Positions 47,894 to 58,482 of a stretch of 64,000 nt of DNA are shown here, in pieces (position 1 is the stretch's first letter; every line of letters begins with the position of its first letter). A model generated the notes under the pieces. That model ran no database searches. It was not told where the DNA came from and worked only from the letters and a program-made list of their open reading frames with translations. Source of the stretch: Candidatus Woesearchaeota archaeon (lineage in GTDB: Archaea > Nanobdellota > Nanobdellia > Woesearchaeales > UBA9642); contig QZIT01000001.1 in NCBI GenBank assembly GCA_003599145.1, positions 3,831 to 67,830 of the forward strand. The letters run 5' to 3'. Both the position numbers and the translations under genes were made by a program.

Positions 47894-47932
47894 TTTACTA
47901 ATCTTTTTAAATCCCTGCAAATTCTTTAAAGC

Positions 47933-48511
47933 ATGCGCATTGCACAGGGAGCAGAAGCAATATTGGAAAAAGAAGGCAATACGGTCATCAAGAAAAGAAT
48001 TGCAAAAAGCTATAGGCTAACGCAGATTGATGAATCCTTAAGAAAATTCAGGACCAAAAGAGAAGCGAAAATTCTTTGCAAAGTTGCAATTCCTGCGCCA
48101 AAACTGCTCAAGCAGACCTCCTTCGATATCGAAATGGAATTTATCGACGGTAAAAAACTGAGCGATGTTCTCGATAAAGACTATACACTGGCAAAGCAAA
48201 TCGGAGAGTTAACGGCAAAATTGCACAATCAGGATATCATCCACGGAGATTTAACCACCTCTAACATGCTTTTACAGGGCAAAACCATTTTTTTCATTGA
48301 TTTTGGATTGAGCTTTTTTTCATCAAAAATAGAAGACAAAGCAGTTGATATTCATTTATTTAAGCAGGCACTGGAAAGCAGGCACCATAAAGTATATGAA
48401 AAAGCCCTGAAAGAATTCTTTGCAGGCTATCAATTGGCAAACCAGCATAAAGAAATTATCACAAGATTTGAAAAAGTAGAGCAAAGAGGACGCTATAAGG
48501 AAAAGTATTAA
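47933..48511 (+). CDS. bud32: KEOPS complex kinase Bud32
   Basis: GAEA, KSYR...D..LR..RT.REA, HGDLTTSN, IDFGL, EDKAVD, RGRY. Confidence 0.95.
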   Translation: MRIAQGAEAILEKEGNTVIKKRIAKSYRLTQIDESLRKFRTKREAKILCKVAIPAPKLLKQTSFDIEMEFIDGKKLSDVLDKDYTLAKQIGELTAKLHNQDIIHGDLTTSNMLLQGKTIFFIDFGLSFFSSKIEDKAVDIHLFKQALESRHHKVYEKALKEFFAGYQLANQHKEIITRFEKVEQRGRYKEKY

Positions 48512-48546
48512 GAAAACTATTTAAAATTCGACAGCATTCTCAACGC

Positions 48547-49902
48547 ATGAACATCATTTTCATCATCCTTGCCGTTTATTTTATTCTTTTGCTTCTTGTG
48601 GTGTGGTATTTTGCAAAAAAGGAATCAGTAGAGGCATATTTTCTGAATAAAAGAAAAACCAGTTTATGGTTAATGACGTTTGCAAATGTTGCAACGGTTG
48701 TCGGTGCAGGAGCCACCGTTGCTGTTGTTTCTGAAGTCTACAATTCAGGCATTTCGTACGGCATTGCACTGCCTATTTCCTTTATTGTTGGCATGATTTC
48801 CCTCGGTATTGTTGCAAAAAAAATAAAAATCATGGGAGACAAATATAAAGCCTATAGCATTGTTGACTTTTTTCACAAACGATTTGACAAAAAGAATAAA
48901 GTGCTGGCAGGCGTTATACAACTTTTTCTCTTGATTATGTGGATAGCTTTGCAGACAACTGCTGTTGCAACTCTTGCGCATGTTCTTATCGGAGTAAACT
49001 ACACTCTGGCAATCATAGTTGCTATAGGCATAACCATACTCTATACAACCGTAGGTGGATTAAAGGCAGACATTCTTACTGATTTTATTCAGTTTTGGGT
49101 CATCTTAATCGTATTTATCATCATGGGCGTCATAGGCTATATAAAAGTTGAAAACCTGCATAACCTTATCATCCAGTTGCCGCAAGGACACCTTAATATT
49201 TTTGCGTTTGGAGGAGTTGGATGGTTTATAGGCGCCATAGTGCTCAGCGGATTTGTCTATCTTGCAAATACTGCACACTGGCAGAGAATTTTTTCTGCAA
49301 AAAATGAAAAGATAGCAAGAAATTCATTCTTTCTATCCATACCGTTTATGATTACCCTAAGCCTGCTTGTTTTGTTTTTTGGACTTTTGGCAGCAGGAAC
49401 GTTATCAGACATCAATCAAGATACTGCCTTTTTCTCCTTAATGTACACCATGCTTCCTCCATGGCTTATAGGTTTAGGATTTGCAGCCATTCTCGCAGTA
49501 GCTATGTCGTCCATAGACAGTGTTGTTATCGGAGGATCAACCATTATTTACAGAGAAATTTTTAAGAATAAGTCTGAGGGTAAAAAACAAGTCTTCTATG
49601 CAAGACTCATCACGGCAAGCTTTGGCATTCTCGGAGGGTTTGTTGCTTTTCTTATTCCCAGCATAATAACCTTATCCTTATTTGTTACCTACCTTACCTT
49701 AATCTTCGTTCCTGCAATCTTTGCTGGGCTGTATGCAAAAACCTCAGCAAACGCAAGTTTTTATTCTATTCTGATTTCGTTTATACTTTTGCTTATTCTT
49801 TTTCCAATTGTTGGAAAGAACACCTTTATCATCACCACAACCGTTGCAATAGCAATCATTCTGTTTTACGATAAGCTATTCAAAAACAGCAATCTTCCAT
49901 AA
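48547..49902 (+). CDS. Sodium:solute symporter family transporter
   Basis: About 13 TM, YTTVGGLKADILTDFIQ, WQRIFSAK, AMSSIDS. Confidence 0.92.
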   Translation: MNIIFIILAVYFILLLLVVWYFAKKESVEAYFLNKRKTSLWLMTFANVATVVGAGATVAVVSEVYNSGISYGIALPISFIVGMISLGIVAKKIKIMGDKYKAYSIVDFFHKRFDKKNKVLAGVIQLFLLIMWIALQTTAVATLAHVLIGVNYTLAIIVAIGITILYTTVGGLKADILTDFIQFWVILIVFIIMGVIGYIKVENLHNLIIQLPQGHLNIFAFGGVGWFIGAIVLSGFVYLANTAHWQRIFSAKNEKIARNSFFLSIPFMITLSLLVLFFGLLAAGTLSDINQDTAFFSLMYTMLPPWLIGLGFAAILAVAMSSIDSVVIGGSTIIYREIFKNKSEGKKQVFYARLITASFGILGGFVAFLIPSIITLSLFVTYLTLIFVPAIFAGLYAKTSANASFYSILISFILLLILFPIVGKNTFIITTTVAIAIILFYDKLFKNSNLP

Positions 49903-49933
49903 CTCTTTTAAAGCAATTGCATATTCTGTAAAC

Positions 49934-51625
49934 ATGAAAGTCTGGCTGTTGTTGATTTTTTTATGTATGCCTGTTGTTTCTGCGCAGGTAGGCCATATCA
50001 ATTTAGTTTCTGTAGGCATTGGAGAAAACGATACGGTAACTGTTGGATCAACTCCAGATTTATATCTGGAAATTAAACCAGGCAATGGAAACATCTACAT
50101 GGATTCCCTGCCCTTAACCAAAGTAGATACGCAAATCAGCACGCGATATGCCAACGCTGTTGCCTGCGACTTTCTGCAAAAAGACTGTTCAAAATATGAT
50201 TTTTTCTATACCTTCAGGCTTGATTCTAATATCGTAGGAGGGCCTTCAGGAGGGGCCGCAATCACTGTTTTAACCATTGCCATGCTCGACCATCAGTCAT
50301 TAAGAAAAGATACTATTATGACAGGAACGATTAATGCAGGAGGATTAATAGGCCCTGTTGCTGGAATCAGGGAAAAGGCAATTGCTGCAAAGCAATCAGG
50401 ATTTAAAAGAATGTTAATACCCTCTCTTTTCAACAATTCAAATATCACGTTTCCAGAGAATATAGAAGTGATTACCGTAACAAACTTAGAAGAGGCCATG
50501 TATTATTTTACAGGAAAAAATTACACGAAGCAATCGCCGGCCATCGATGTTCCTGATATTTACACGCAAAAAATGTTCAATATTTCTGAAAAATTGTGCA
50601 ACAGATACCAGCAATTAGACCAGCAGGTTGATGTAAAAAAATCCTTGAAATACCCTGCAGAAGCTGCCTATAACAGCTCCGAGCAGGCATTGCAAAATAG
50701 TTCGTATTATTCAAGGGCAAGCTTTTGCTATACCGCGAATGTACGATTAAGAGAACTGCAATTTCAAGGATATAGTCAGGAAGAGCTGGAAGAGCGATAC
50801 TATGCAGTGCATAACTTAATCAACAAATTTGACAAGTACATTGATCAAAAACCTCTCAATACGCTGTCAGATTTGGAAACCTTCATGATTGTCAAAGAAA
50901 GAATTATTGAAGCAAGGCAATATTTAGAAGAAATAGATACGAAAAATATTTCGGCATCTATACTGGCAAGCGCAACAGAAAGGTATTACAGCGGTGTTTT
51001 CTGGTCTGATTTTTATGGCGTTTCAGGAAAAACATTCGAGTTTGAAAAAGAGCAATTAAGGGAGTCATGCCTGAAAAAAATTGAAGAAGCCAGCGAGCGA
51101 GTCAATTATGCTGATTTATACTTTCCAAACTCTGCAAGTGAACGCGCAAGGGAGCTCGCATTAGCCTATCATTATTCCGATGAAGGAAATTATGACTTAT
51201 GCTTATTTAAGGCAAGCAAGGTAAAGGCAGATACGGATATGCTCTTAACTGCGTTGTTTGTTGAAGTAGACCAGACAGAGGTTCTTTTAAACGAAAAGTT
51301 ACAGCAGACTGAAAAAGTCCTTGCATTGCAGCAATCAAGAGGAAACTTCCCTATTCTAGGCTACAGCTATTACCAATACGCCCAATCATTGAAAGAGTCT
51401 GACCCTTATTCCGCGCTGATTTATCTAGAATATGCCATTGAATTAAGCAATCTTGACATGTATTTCCCTCCTGAAAAGAAGTTTTCATTGCCTATTATTG
51501 ACTATCGTTACTTTTTGGTTTTGCTTATTGGATTTTTAGGGGGTATGCTGGTCATGGTTTTGATTAAAGGAAAAAGCGAGAAATACAAACAGAAGAAATA
51601 TAAGAAAAAAAAAGCAAAACGCTAG
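49934..51625 (+). CDS. Secreted/membrane-anchored Lon-like S16 serine protease
   Basis: Signal peptide, VGGPSGG, MTGTI...IGPVAGIREK (Ser-Lys dyad), C-terminal TM. Confidence 0.88.
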   Translation: MKVWLLLIFLCMPVVSAQVGHINLVSVGIGENDTVTVGSTPDLYLEIKPGNGNIYMDSLPLTKVDTQISTRYANAVACDFLQKDCSKYDFFYTFRLDSNIVGGPSGGAAITVLTIAMLDHQSLRKDTIMTGTINAGGLIGPVAGIREKAIAAKQSGFKRMLIPSLFNNSNITFPENIEVITVTNLEEAMYYFTGKNYTKQSPAIDVPDIYTQKMFNISEKLCNRYQQLDQQVDVKKSLKYPAEAAYNSSEQALQNSSYYSRASFCYTANVRLRELQFQGYSQEELEERYYAVHNLINKFDKYIDQKPLNTLSDLETFMIVKERIIEARQYLEEIDTKNISASILASATERYYSGVFWSDFYGVSGKTFEFEKEQLRESCLKKIEEASERVNYADLYFPNSASERARELALAYHYSDEGNYDLCLFKASKVKADTDMLLTALFVEVDQTEVLLNEKLQQTEKVLALQQSRGNFPILGYSYYQYAQSLKESDPYSALIYLEYAIELSNLDMYFPPEKKFSLPIIDYRYFLVLLIGFLGGMLVMVLIKGKSEKYKQKKYKKKKAKR

Positions 51626-51668
51626 TTCTATTTCACAATATTTAAAATACAACACACATTTCTTTTCT

Positions 51669-51935
51669 ATGCTAGGCTGGAGGGTTGGTTCTCCTCTGTT
51701 ACGCTCAACGAACCTTAGGAGCGGGCCGAAGCCCAGGGGGCGGTTTTCCTCTGTAAAGGCAGCCTTGACCTCGACGTTGAGGCTCTGTCTCGCAGGATTG
51801 AAATTTTTGTGAAATGGGTCAGGCCAGGAATGGAGCAGCCCTCAGCATCATTTTCGGTGCTTGTGAGGTAGCGGAGCTGAGAAAAGGCCAAGATTACTGT
51901 TTTTGCAAAGGTCTATCCACCTCTGGGCACGCACT
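51669..51935 (+). ncRNA. ffs: Archaeal signal recognition particle (7S) RNA
   Basis: Alu-domain-like GCTAGGCTGGAGGGTTGG...CTGTTAC...GGGCCGAAGCCC; helix 8 TCAGGCCAGGAATGGAGCAG; CCCAGGGGGCGG pairs with CCACCTCTGGG; TATA upstream. Ends are approximate. Confidence 0.9.
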
Positions 51936-52036
51936 TACTTTCCATATGGAAAAGAAAACAATAACTACTTTCTAGTAACTACAAAAACGAAATATTTATA
52001 AACAGCGTATTTTTACCAACAGAAGGTGAGAAAACT

Positions 52037-52183
52037 ATGGATATAGGAGAAGACGCGTTTTTGGACGAAGACACCAAGACCCTGAACAAATTGCGAAAAG
52101 GCAAGAAAAAGATGGGCATGGATGTTCTTAACAAACCAAACGTAACGCAAAGAGAAATGGACGAATTGTTTGCTGAGGCATAA
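52037..52183 (+). CDS. Small hypothetical protein (48 aa, below the ORF-track cutoff)
   Basis: TATA box and strong GAAGGTGA SD. MDIGEDAFLDEDTKTLNKLRKGKKK...; stop lies 2 nt before the next ATG. Confidence 0.6.
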   Translation: MDIGEDAFLDEDTKTLNKLRKGKKKMGMDVLNKPNVTQREMDELFAEA

Positions 52184-52185
52184 TC

Positions 52186-52875
52186 ATGGATGATGACTAC
52201 CTCGATTTAGCCAGTGCGATTATTCCTCCTCAAAAAGAAGACTTAGAAAAACTCATTGGTGTTTTTCAGGATTCTAAAGTTCCTATTACGTTTCCAGATG
52301 TTGGAGATGAAGAATTCCTAGGGTATAATGCGTTAAAAGCATATTTTACTGAGCATGGAACGATCGAAGAATATTCTTGGAATCCCGATGAAGATAGAAC
52401 ACTTGTAGGGATTATTCTTGATTCTTATCAGCGTATGAAAGATTTTGACACTCAGATAACAAACAATTACGAACTCTTTGAAGAGCTACGCATTGCCGCT
52501 GCTGTTTTAAACGCGGCCTTGGCCTATGCAAGAGAAAAAAATAAAACAATGCCATCTCATATTTTTGAGAGTATTTCTGGCGCAAACCAAGATCTTCAAC
52601 GCTCATTGCAAGGAGAATCGTATGTGTATCCTGAACTTTTTGAAGATTTACTGCAAATACGAGATTATCGATTAATTCCTGTATGGCCTGAAGAAGGGCA
52701 AAAAACATGGATTGATTATCTTGATGACAGCATGAAAGAGCAAGTAGCTGCTTATAAAAGGCAAGATCCAACGCAACGGCTTTTAGATGTGTTTCAAAGA
52801 GCCTATGCTTGTGGAACCAATACCAATCCCGCATTGTTTCACATCTATGATGCAACGTCTGATGATAACCCTTGA
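52186..52875 (+). CDS. Acidic hypothetical protein
   Basis: 229-aa ORF in an operon-like arrangement. Confidence 0.65.
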   Translation: MDDDYLDLASAIIPPQKEDLEKLIGVFQDSKVPITFPDVGDEEFLGYNALKAYFTEHGTIEEYSWNPDEDRTLVGIILDSYQRMKDFDTQITNNYELFEELRIAAAVLNAALAYAREKNKTMPSHIFESISGANQDLQRSLQGESYVYPELFEDLLQIRDYRLIPVWPEEGQKTWIDYLDDSMKEQVAAYKRQDPTQRLLDVFQRAYACGTNTNPALFHIYDATSDDNP

Positions 52876-53422
52876 TGAAAGAACGCAGTACGGCGTCATA
52901 GTTATAGATATGCAGGAATTTTTCTTAAGAGATATTGCAGAAAGAAAAGCTTTGATAGCAAATCAAAAAGCTGTTTTGAAAGTTTGTGCAAAACAAGACA
53001 TTCCTGTTCTGATTGTTTCTTACGCTCCTTTAACTGCAGACGATTTGCCTGCAGGCACTTTGGAAAAGCTTTCTGGAGGTTATTGGAAACCCATACCTGA
53101 AATCAAAGAGGTTGTTGCAGACATTCCTCGAGCAAGCTATTTTACAAAATCAAGCAACAGTGCATTAAGCAATGCTGAAGTAAGAAAACAATTGAAAAGT
53201 TGGAACATCACCGATATCTGCACTCTTGGCGTCAATACGGCAACCTGCATCACAGAATCCGTGGAAGATGCACTTGGCATGGGCTATAGAGTTCATTCTG
53301 CAAAAACACTCATTACAGACAGAAAGTTCAGACCAGAACCAGATTATCAGGTTTTTAATCATAGAGATGCCCGCTTATATGAACATCATAGTGAACTTAT
53401 AGTGAACCTATTGCTCGTTTAA
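52862..53422 (+). CDS. Isochorismatase-family cysteine hydrolase
   Basis: VIDMQ (Asp), FTK (Lys), GVNTATCI (Cys) triad, DALGMGY. Confidence 0.88.
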   Translation: MITLDERTQYGVIVIDMQEFFLRDIAERKALIANQKAVLKVCAKQDIPVLIVSYAPLTADDLPAGTLEKLSGGYWKPIPEIKEVVADIPRASYFTKSSNSALSNAEVRKQLKSWNITDICTLGVNTATCITESVEDALGMGYRVHSAKTLITDRKFRPEPDYQVFNHRDARLYEHHSELIVNLLLV

Positions 53423-53457
53423 AAAGCTTTAAATAAGCGTAAATAAAAAGTTCTTAG

Positions 53458-54159
53458 ATGAATGAAACGTTCAACAGTACGGTTACAAATATCACAACGC
53501 AGTCAACTAATCTATTTGCGCAGTTAAAAGACATTTTCATACCAACACTCTATCAGCGCGTTAGTGACTTCATCACAGCACCGCTGCACGTTCCTAACAT
53601 GCTTTGGATTATCACTCCTTTAATTGCGTCTATATTATTAATGGAATTTTACTTTGGAAGATATTCTCAAGAAGAATTAGGATGGAATACTGCTATTGGC
53701 AACAGTCTGATTTTAATTTTTGTAGGCATTGACTTACTGAGACGAATTTATGGAGATATCAATCCCTTGACTGTCAACATTTCAGAATTAATTATTGTCA
53801 AAAAAACAATTATCGCGATGGTTGTTATTGCAGGAAGTTTTTTACTTACCTTCACCGAATTTTTTCACATGCTGCCAAAAAAATTTGCATTTCTAGTCAG
53901 CTCGCATTTGCCTATTAATTTGATAGCTTGCTTTTCTATTATTTTAGTATATGCAGATATGCCTTTAGACATCTATAGCGCATTAACCTGCCTTTTAATT
54001 TTTGCAGCATTGCTGCTTGCTTTTGGCATGCTCAAAAAAATCATTCCTAAGGCAGACAAGCCGGCAAAGATTTTCGTCAAAAAAAGGTACAATTACACCG
54101 AAAGCGGCTTTGAGGAAATTTCAGAAGATGAAAAATCCAGTAAAGAGACCGATGATTAA
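53458..54159 (+). CDS. Multi-TM membrane protein
   Basis: About five TM segments, EELGWNTAIGN motif. Confidence 0.7.
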   Translation: MNETFNSTVTNITTQSTNLFAQLKDIFIPTLYQRVSDFITAPLHVPNMLWIITPLIASILLMEFYFGRYSQEELGWNTAIGNSLILIFVGIDLLRRIYGDINPLTVNISELIIVKKTIIAMVVIAGSFLLTFTEFFHMLPKKFAFLVSSHLPINLIACFSIILVYADMPLDIYSALTCLLIFAALLLAFGMLKKIIPKADKPAKIFVKKRYNYTESGFEEISEDEKSSKETDD

Positions 54160-55095
54160 ATACCCTGCAACGCAGCCAAGCGTTACAAAAGGCATGGCAG
54201 GATAAAATTTGTCTTTCTTTGCTGCCATGAATAACAAAAATAAAGCAATGGCTGTTGTTAGCGCAATCATCAGGGAATATTGAAACGCGATGATTTTAGA
54301 AAAGCCGTGCATCATCAACGCTTCCATAATGACGCCTGCGAATATCAAAGGAAAGGCTACATCTCCTCCGCCTAAAATCGCGTTCTTTTTTTCAGTTGGC
54401 TTAGTACTTTGATTATTTTGATTATTTTCTTTATTCGCTATAACTTGAACACCAAGCTTGCTGTTTATTTTAACTTCTTTTTTAGGCCTATAGGGAATCA
54501 TCAAGCCTGCAAACAAATTGCTTTTTGTCTGAAACTCTGCCATTTTGACCATATGCTTGCTTTTCCAGACAGCATACATGTCATAAAGAGAAATGGCAAC
54601 CAGCAAAATAAACGCCCACAACACATTGAATAAAGGAACAACTAACACTGCAATTCCCGTATACATGAGCACTTCAGAAAGATTATGGATGAGAATATTG
54701 GGCTTCCATAATTTAATAATAGCGATAACCAATGCTATGCCTACTGCAACATACTTGTTTACAAAGACGCCTAGAGCAATTGTTGTTGCTATCCATACGG
54801 CAATGAAAAACCAGATTTTCCAAAGCTTAAACTGGCTGTATTTTATCAAAATAAGCACTAAAACCGTTCCTATCAAAACGCCCAACCCTAAATACAAAAA
54901 GCTTGAAAATCCCTTTGTTTCAGGCCTTGGACCTACCGCAGTATCCTGATGATTTATTTCAGTTACTGTTCGATTATCTTTTGTTATCGTTATAGGTTTA
55001 GCATCATGATTAATGAAGAACAAACCAACGACTTGCGTAAGCAGAAAGATAAATATCAAAAAAAGAGTGATGGATAAATCGTGTTTCATGCTCAT
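54121..55095 (-). CDS. Presenilin/signal-peptide-peptidase-like (A22) intramembrane aspartyl protease
   Basis: SLYDMYAVWKSKHM, LGGGD, YPAMP. Confidence 0.92.
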   Translation of the reverse strand: MSMKHDLSITLFLIFIFLLTQVVGLFFINHDAKPITITKDNRTVTEINHQDTAVGPRPETKGFSSFLYLGLGVLIGTVLVLILIKYSQFKLWKIWFFIAVWIATTIALGVFVNKYVAVGIALVIAIIKLWKPNILIHNLSEVLMYTGIAVLVVPLFNVLWAFILLVAISLYDMYAVWKSKHMVKMAEFQTKSNLFAGLMIPYRPKKEVKINSKLGVQVIANKENNQNNQSTKPTEKKNAILGGGDVAFPLIFAGVIMEALMMHGFSKIIAFQYSLMIALTTAIALFLLFMAAKKDKFYPAMPFVTLGCVAGYLIIGLFTGFFIF

Positions 55096-55167
55096 AAAGA
55101 ATGGAAAGGGTTTATAAGGGTTATTATTTTAAAAAACATTTATTAATACAAAGGTATTTTTCATGCC

Positions 55168-55596
55168 ATGAAACTCGCCCATCAGATTCATGTGAGAGTA
55201 TTTTGCTATCCTGAAGATAATGCTGAAAACATAGAAAAGGCCTTGTTATTTTTATTTCCCTTTGATTTGGAAAAAGAAAAAATAACTTTAAAAAAAACAA
55301 AGGCAGAAGGCTTTCATGACAGGCAGATTATTATTTATGAAGTTACGCTAATAAAAGACAAGCACTGCAATTTATTTCTTGAACAGCTCAATAAAAACAT
55401 TGAAGAGAAATCACGATTGCTCCCGAGAATAGACGAAAATTTTGATTTATTTATGCGATTCGATAAAGATGCGCTTTTAGAGGGAAAATACAAGCTTACA
55501 GAATCAGGAAACTGCTTTCACATCAAAATATCCCTTGCTGTTTTTCCCAGAAATAAAGAACAGGCAATTGCCCTAGTAAAAAGAATGTTTACTTAA
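55168..55596 (+). CDS. RNA-binding protein, DUF54/COG1325-like
   Basis: RVFCYPED, EGF....I, FMRFDK, HIKISLAVFP. Confidence 0.75.
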   Translation: MKLAHQIHVRVFCYPEDNAENIEKALLFLFPFDLEKEKITLKKTKAEGFHDRQIIIYEVTLIKDKHCNLFLEQLNKNIEEKSRLLPRIDENFDLFMRFDKDALLEGKYKLTESGNCFHIKISLAVFPRNKEQAIALVKRMFT

Positions 55597-56248
55597 CGGT
55601 TTCAACTTCTAACTCTGCAGTGTTTCCTGAAAGGGCGACATAACCTTCAAGGGTAGCAAATTGATTATTTTTTGCCTTTAAGGATTTATAGAGCATACTT
55701 TCTGGATCGTTGGTTATGACAAGATACCTGAAATAAGAAGTTTTTCCTCCTATATAGACTGCAAAATTTCCCTCTCCTTTATCTAAAATCATCCTCGTTC
55801 CCTGATCTCTTATATATCCCTGAACTGATTTAAATAATCCTTTATTCAGAACAACGTCTTTTTGTAACGTTTCTTCAATCATGTCTTCCTGCGCAATATG
55901 TAACGTTTGTCTGCTATAGGTTTTTTTATAAAAACCAACATCCCAGAAATGCTGGTAAAGATTTAATTGATATTCTCCACGCATATTGGTTATTGTTTGA
56001 ACAATCTCATGATAAGGACAATTTTTTTCATCGCAGTTTACCGTGTATTCTGCAACGATTTGCACGTTAGGAAGAGAAAAACCTTCATTGTCTTCAACAA
56101 TGCCAGTAACGATCACCTGATTTGAAGTATCTGGCTTCCACAAAATTTCTTCAGGTGTTTGAGTTTCAATTTCTCTTTCCTTTTCCTCTTCAAATAAAGA
56201 GCAACCTGCAACAAGGACCAGAACTATGAAAACCGCAAACCATTTCAT
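55589..56248 (-). CDS. Putative lipoprotein with carboxypeptidase-regulatory-like domain
   Basis: Lipobox-like LVAGC, VTGIVED.EG..LPNV, TNMRGEY. Confidence 0.65.
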   Translation of the reverse strand: MKWFAVFIVLVLVAGCSLFEEEKEREIETQTPEEILWKPDTSNQVIVTGIVEDNEGFSLPNVQIVAEYTVNCDEKNCPYHEIVQTITNMRGEYQLNLYQHFWDVGFYKKTYSRQTLHIAQEDMIEETLQKDVVLNKGLFKSVQGYIRDQGTRMILDKGEGNFAVYIGGKTSYFRYLVITNDPESMLYKSLKAKNNQFATLEGYVALSGNTAELEVETVK

Positions 56249-56321
56249 GCTGTTTCTGAAGAAGGAGAGTATAAATAGTTTTCGCCGTAACATTTATAAA
56301 AAGCATTGCAGTGATGGTACT

Positions 56322-57437
56322 ATGACTAAATTTACCATAACACCCTGGGAAGTCAAGGGCAATATTGACTATGATAAGGTTATCAGAGAGTTTGGTGTTT
56401 CTAAAATAGATGAAAATTTATTAAAAAAACTTGAAAAGCACACAAAAAAACTCCATCCTTTTTTGAAAAGAAATATCTTTTTTGCCCATAGAGATTTGGA
56501 GTTTGCATTGCAGGAGCATGAAAAAGGAAACCTGTTTATGTATACAGGCTGCGGTCCTTCTGGGCCTATACACATGGGCCATTACATGGTATGGTCATTT
56601 ACCAAATGGCTTCAGGAAGCGCTGGACGTTGAACTGTGGTTTCAGTTTACTGATGATGAAAAATTTTTGTTCAAAGACATGAGTTATGAAGAGATACAGA
56701 AATGGCTGTACGAAAACATGCTTGATATCATAGCTATTGGCTTTGACCCTAAAAAGACTCATTTTTTGATAGATACCAAGCATGCAAGCCTTTTGTATCC
56801 TGAAGCAGTCAAGGTTGCAAAAAAATTGACCTTTTCAACCGTAAAAGGCGCTTTTGGGTTTACGAATGAAACCAATGTGGGAAGCATTTTTTACACTGCA
56901 ATGCAGGCAGCTCCCTGTTTTTTGCCTTCTGTGATTAAGGGAAAAAAGATGGCCTGCTTAATTCCCCATGCTATTGACCAAGACCCTCATTTCAGGGTAA
57001 CAAGAGACGTTATTCCCAAACTTGGCTTTTACAAGCCTGCAAGCATCCAATGCAGGTTTTTGCCAGGATTAGGGGGCATTTCTGAAGATGGAAAGTTAAG
57101 CTCATCAACAGGACAAGCAATTTATTTAACTGACGATGAAAAAACAGTGAAGAATAAAATAAACAAGTATGCATTTTCAGGAGGGCAGACAACCATTGAA
57201 GAGCATAGAAAACACGGCGGAAATCCTGATGTTGATGTAAGCTATCAATGGCTTACGTTTTTTGAGGAAGACGATAAAAAACTGGAAAAAATCTATCATG
57301 ATTATAAATCAGGAAAATTATTAAGCGGCGAGCTCAAAATGATACTCATAGAGAAATTAAATGCCTTATTAAAAGACCATCAAAAGAAGAGGGAAAAAGC
57401 CAAAAGTATGGTTGATAAATATATTTACCATGGATGA
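56322..57437 (+). CDS. trpS: Tryptophanyl-tRNA synthetase (archaeal/eukaryal type)
   Basis: TPWEV, YTGCGPSG.IHMGH, TDDEKF, AIDQDPHFR, KLSSS, AFSGG. Confidence 0.96.
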   Translation: MTKFTITPWEVKGNIDYDKVIREFGVSKIDENLLKKLEKHTKKLHPFLKRNIFFAHRDLEFALQEHEKGNLFMYTGCGPSGPIHMGHYMVWSFTKWLQEALDVELWFQFTDDEKFLFKDMSYEEIQKWLYENMLDIIAIGFDPKKTHFLIDTKHASLLYPEAVKVAKKLTFSTVKGAFGFTNETNVGSIFYTAMQAAPCFLPSVIKGKKMACLIPHAIDQDPHFRVTRDVIPKLGFYKPASIQCRFLPGLGGISEDGKLSSSTGQAIYLTDDEKTVKNKINKYAFSGGQTTIEEHRKHGGNPDVDVSYQWLTFFEEDDKKLEKIYHDYKSGKLLSGELKMILIEKLNALLKDHQKKREKAKSMVDKYIYHG

Positions 57438-57867
57438 AAAAGTTGGTGTAGGCGTAGGAATCATTCTCCTGAAAAATAATAAAGTTCTTCTTGGCAAAAG
57501 GCATGATGATCCTGCAAAAGCAAAAAGTTTGCTTAAAGGAGCAGGAACATGGACCATGCCAGGAGGCAAATTGCGCTTTCAAGAATCTTTTGAAGACGCT
57601 GCAAAAAGAGAGGTGTTTGAAGAAACAGGGATTACCCTCAAAAAGACAAAGGTTGTCTGCATCAACAATGACAGGGTAGAATCTGCACACTTTGTTACCA
57701 TTGGATTATTAGCAGAAGAATTTGAAGGCAACCCTGAAGTTAAAGAGCCAGAACAAATAAGAGAATGGCAGTGGTTTGACCTTAAAAAATTACCCGTTCC
57801 TTTGTATTTTCCCTCTGAAAAGGTTTTGAGCAAATATCAAAAAAAAGTATTTTATGAAGAAAAATAG
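57430..57867 (+). CDS. Nudix hydrolase
   Basis: PGGKLRFQESFEDAAKREVFEETG Nudix box. Confidence 0.92.
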   Translation: MDEKVGVGVGIILLKNNKVLLGKRHDDPAKAKSLLKGAGTWTMPGGKLRFQESFEDAAKREVFEETGITLKKTKVVCINNDRVESAHFVTIGLLAEEFEGNPEVKEPEQIREWQWFDLKKLPVPLYFPSEKVLSKYQKKVFYEEK

Positions 57868-57912
57868 CAAACTATTTAAAAGCAATGTCCTAGTTAAAAA
57901 AAGGGTGAGACA

Positions 57913-58158
57913 ATGAAATATGCAACCTTAAGCAGTGGTTTTATGCTAACATCCATGTTAGGATTCTTAATCAGCGTTTTATACGTTTATAAAATGGACG
58001 AGAGCTGGGGCGTTGCCTTTTCGTTGATATTTATTCTGATGTTCATAGCAAGCATCATCAGCATGACCAAAGCGCCTGTAGCAGATGAAACTGCCTATCA
58101 GCATTTAGCAGTGCATGAAAAAGCCATGCGCAACAAAGTATTGCTTAGAAAAAAGTAA
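57913..58158 (+). CDS. Small two-TM membrane protein
   Basis: GGGTGA SD, two hydrophobic helices. Confidence 0.7.
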   Translation: MKYATLSSGFMLTSMLGFLISVLYVYKMDESWGVAFSLIFILMFIASIISMTKAPVADETAYQHLAVHEKAMRNKVLLRKK

Positions 58159-58188
58159 CTTTTTAAACTTTCTTCACTTTCCTTTAGT

Positions 58189-58482
58189 ATGGCATTCAGC
58201 AAATCATATCCAAAGACTATTGAAGGCTTTAATTACCCAAAATGGGAAGAAGTGTATTTAGATGAAGAAGAAGAACTGCTTACGGAGAAGCAAGCAAGAA
58301 ATGATAATATTGCTTTGATGAAAGAATGCATTGACGATGCAAAAAAAATAGTGCAGGATAAACAATTAAAGGACTTTCAATCAGATGTCATTCATATTGC
58401 GATTGCATTATTTGAAAAACGCTCAAGCCATGCAATTTATTACAAAGAAAATAAAACAAAAGAAAAATTTCACAAATCATGA
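58189..58482 (+). CDS. Hypothetical protein
   Basis: 97-aa ORF with TATA box upstream. Confidence 0.65.
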   Translation: MAFSKSYPKTIEGFNYPKWEEVYLDEEEELLTEKQARNDNIALMKECIDDAKKIVQDKQLKDFQSDVIHIAIALFEKRSSHAIYYKENKTKEKFHKS

